DNA of 64,000 nt from Squalus acanthias (Eukaryota). The stretch is taken from assembly GCA_030390025.1 (NCBI GenBank), contig CM059432.1, forward strand, positions 144,710,001 to 144,774,000, written 5' to 3'. The notes below the pieces were generated by a model, which saw only the letters and a program-made list of their open reading frames with translations, did no database searches and was not told the DNA's origin. Shown here piece after piece: positions 63,233-64,000 of the stretch (its first letter is position 1; each line of letters opens with the position of its first letter). The position numbers and the translations under genes are program-made.

Positions 63233-63280
<48 letters not shown>
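63233..63280 (+). repeat. (GA)n microsatellite
   Basis: About 24 GA units, directly visible. Confidence 0.97.
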
Positions 63281-63285
<5 letters not shown>

Positions 63286-64000
63286 GAAACAAGGGGGATA
63301 TAAAGTACAAGCTCATCACAAGATACTTATGGATGAGGAGGCCGTGGACGGCTGGTGGCCTTTTTAACAGGTGAGGCACAGCTTTACATGCCTAACCAAG
63401 CCAGTGTGTTACCATGGCAACAGGCCCTACCTGTGGATTCACACCATCAGTCATACAAAGTGTATATGAACGCACTGTTCAGCAGTTGTTTTCTTTGAAA
63501 CCTTTACATGCAGGATTGGACTTTAAAAAGCAACTAAAACTTTGTAGAAAAAAAGTGACCTGGAGTATCACCAGACTGTCTTGCAAACTGTTGCTGCTTG
63601 GGATTGCCCAAAGCCAAGTGACCAATAAATCCATCCTGGGAACGTTCCCGTGGATCGTCCTCTCTCACACTGCCACAGCAAATTAGACGGCCAATCTGCA
63701 TTTCAACACCTGTAACTCTCCAGCGGAGAGTCTGTGTAGGATTGCAGGCGAAACAGTGCCTCGCTATGCTCACCAGATGAGCCACCTCTGTGAGGAAGGC
63801 CATTCGGCCCAGCTTAATTCATCCAAAACAGAAAGACCCGGCACTCCCCCCACAGCTGCATATAATTGCTTTTAAATAAATTATTCCAGAATTTTTATTT
63901 CAGCTACTCTATTCACTTTGTGAATAACTTCCTTATATCAGGCACAAATTTACCTTTTGCTATTTTAAACTGTGTCCCTTTGTCCTACTCTCACATTATT

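Overview
Vertebrate intronic DNA, very probably from a shark or other cartilaginous fish, judged from the repeat repertoire (Deu-domain SINEs of SacSINE1 type, CR1, L2, Penelope-like elements). One host coding exon is recognisable. It is a 183-bp phase 0-0 exon of BBS9 (PTHB1) on the minus strand at 5853-6035. I found no other BBS9 exon, so the rest of the window appears to be BBS9 intron. The intron is dense in transposable elements: CR1, L2, RTE and a third LINE family, Deu-SINEs, an LF-SINE-like copy, a nearly intact Tigger/pogo transposon and a hAT MITE. It also holds a 2.3-kb polypurine minisatellite. The most notable system is two families of Penelope-like elements (PLEs) whose 3' ends carry minimal hammerhead ribozymes (HHR). 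They occur as (i) a 4.2-kb element with 1.25-kb inverted arms, (ii) TSD-flanked fold-back hairpins made of two inverted ribozyme-plus-3'-end units, and (iii) 100-140 bp TSD-flanked mini-elements whose 5' ends repeatedly fall at the start of the ribozyme core. Family names are assigned from recalled consensus motifs, not from database searches. Boundaries of degraded repeats are approximate.
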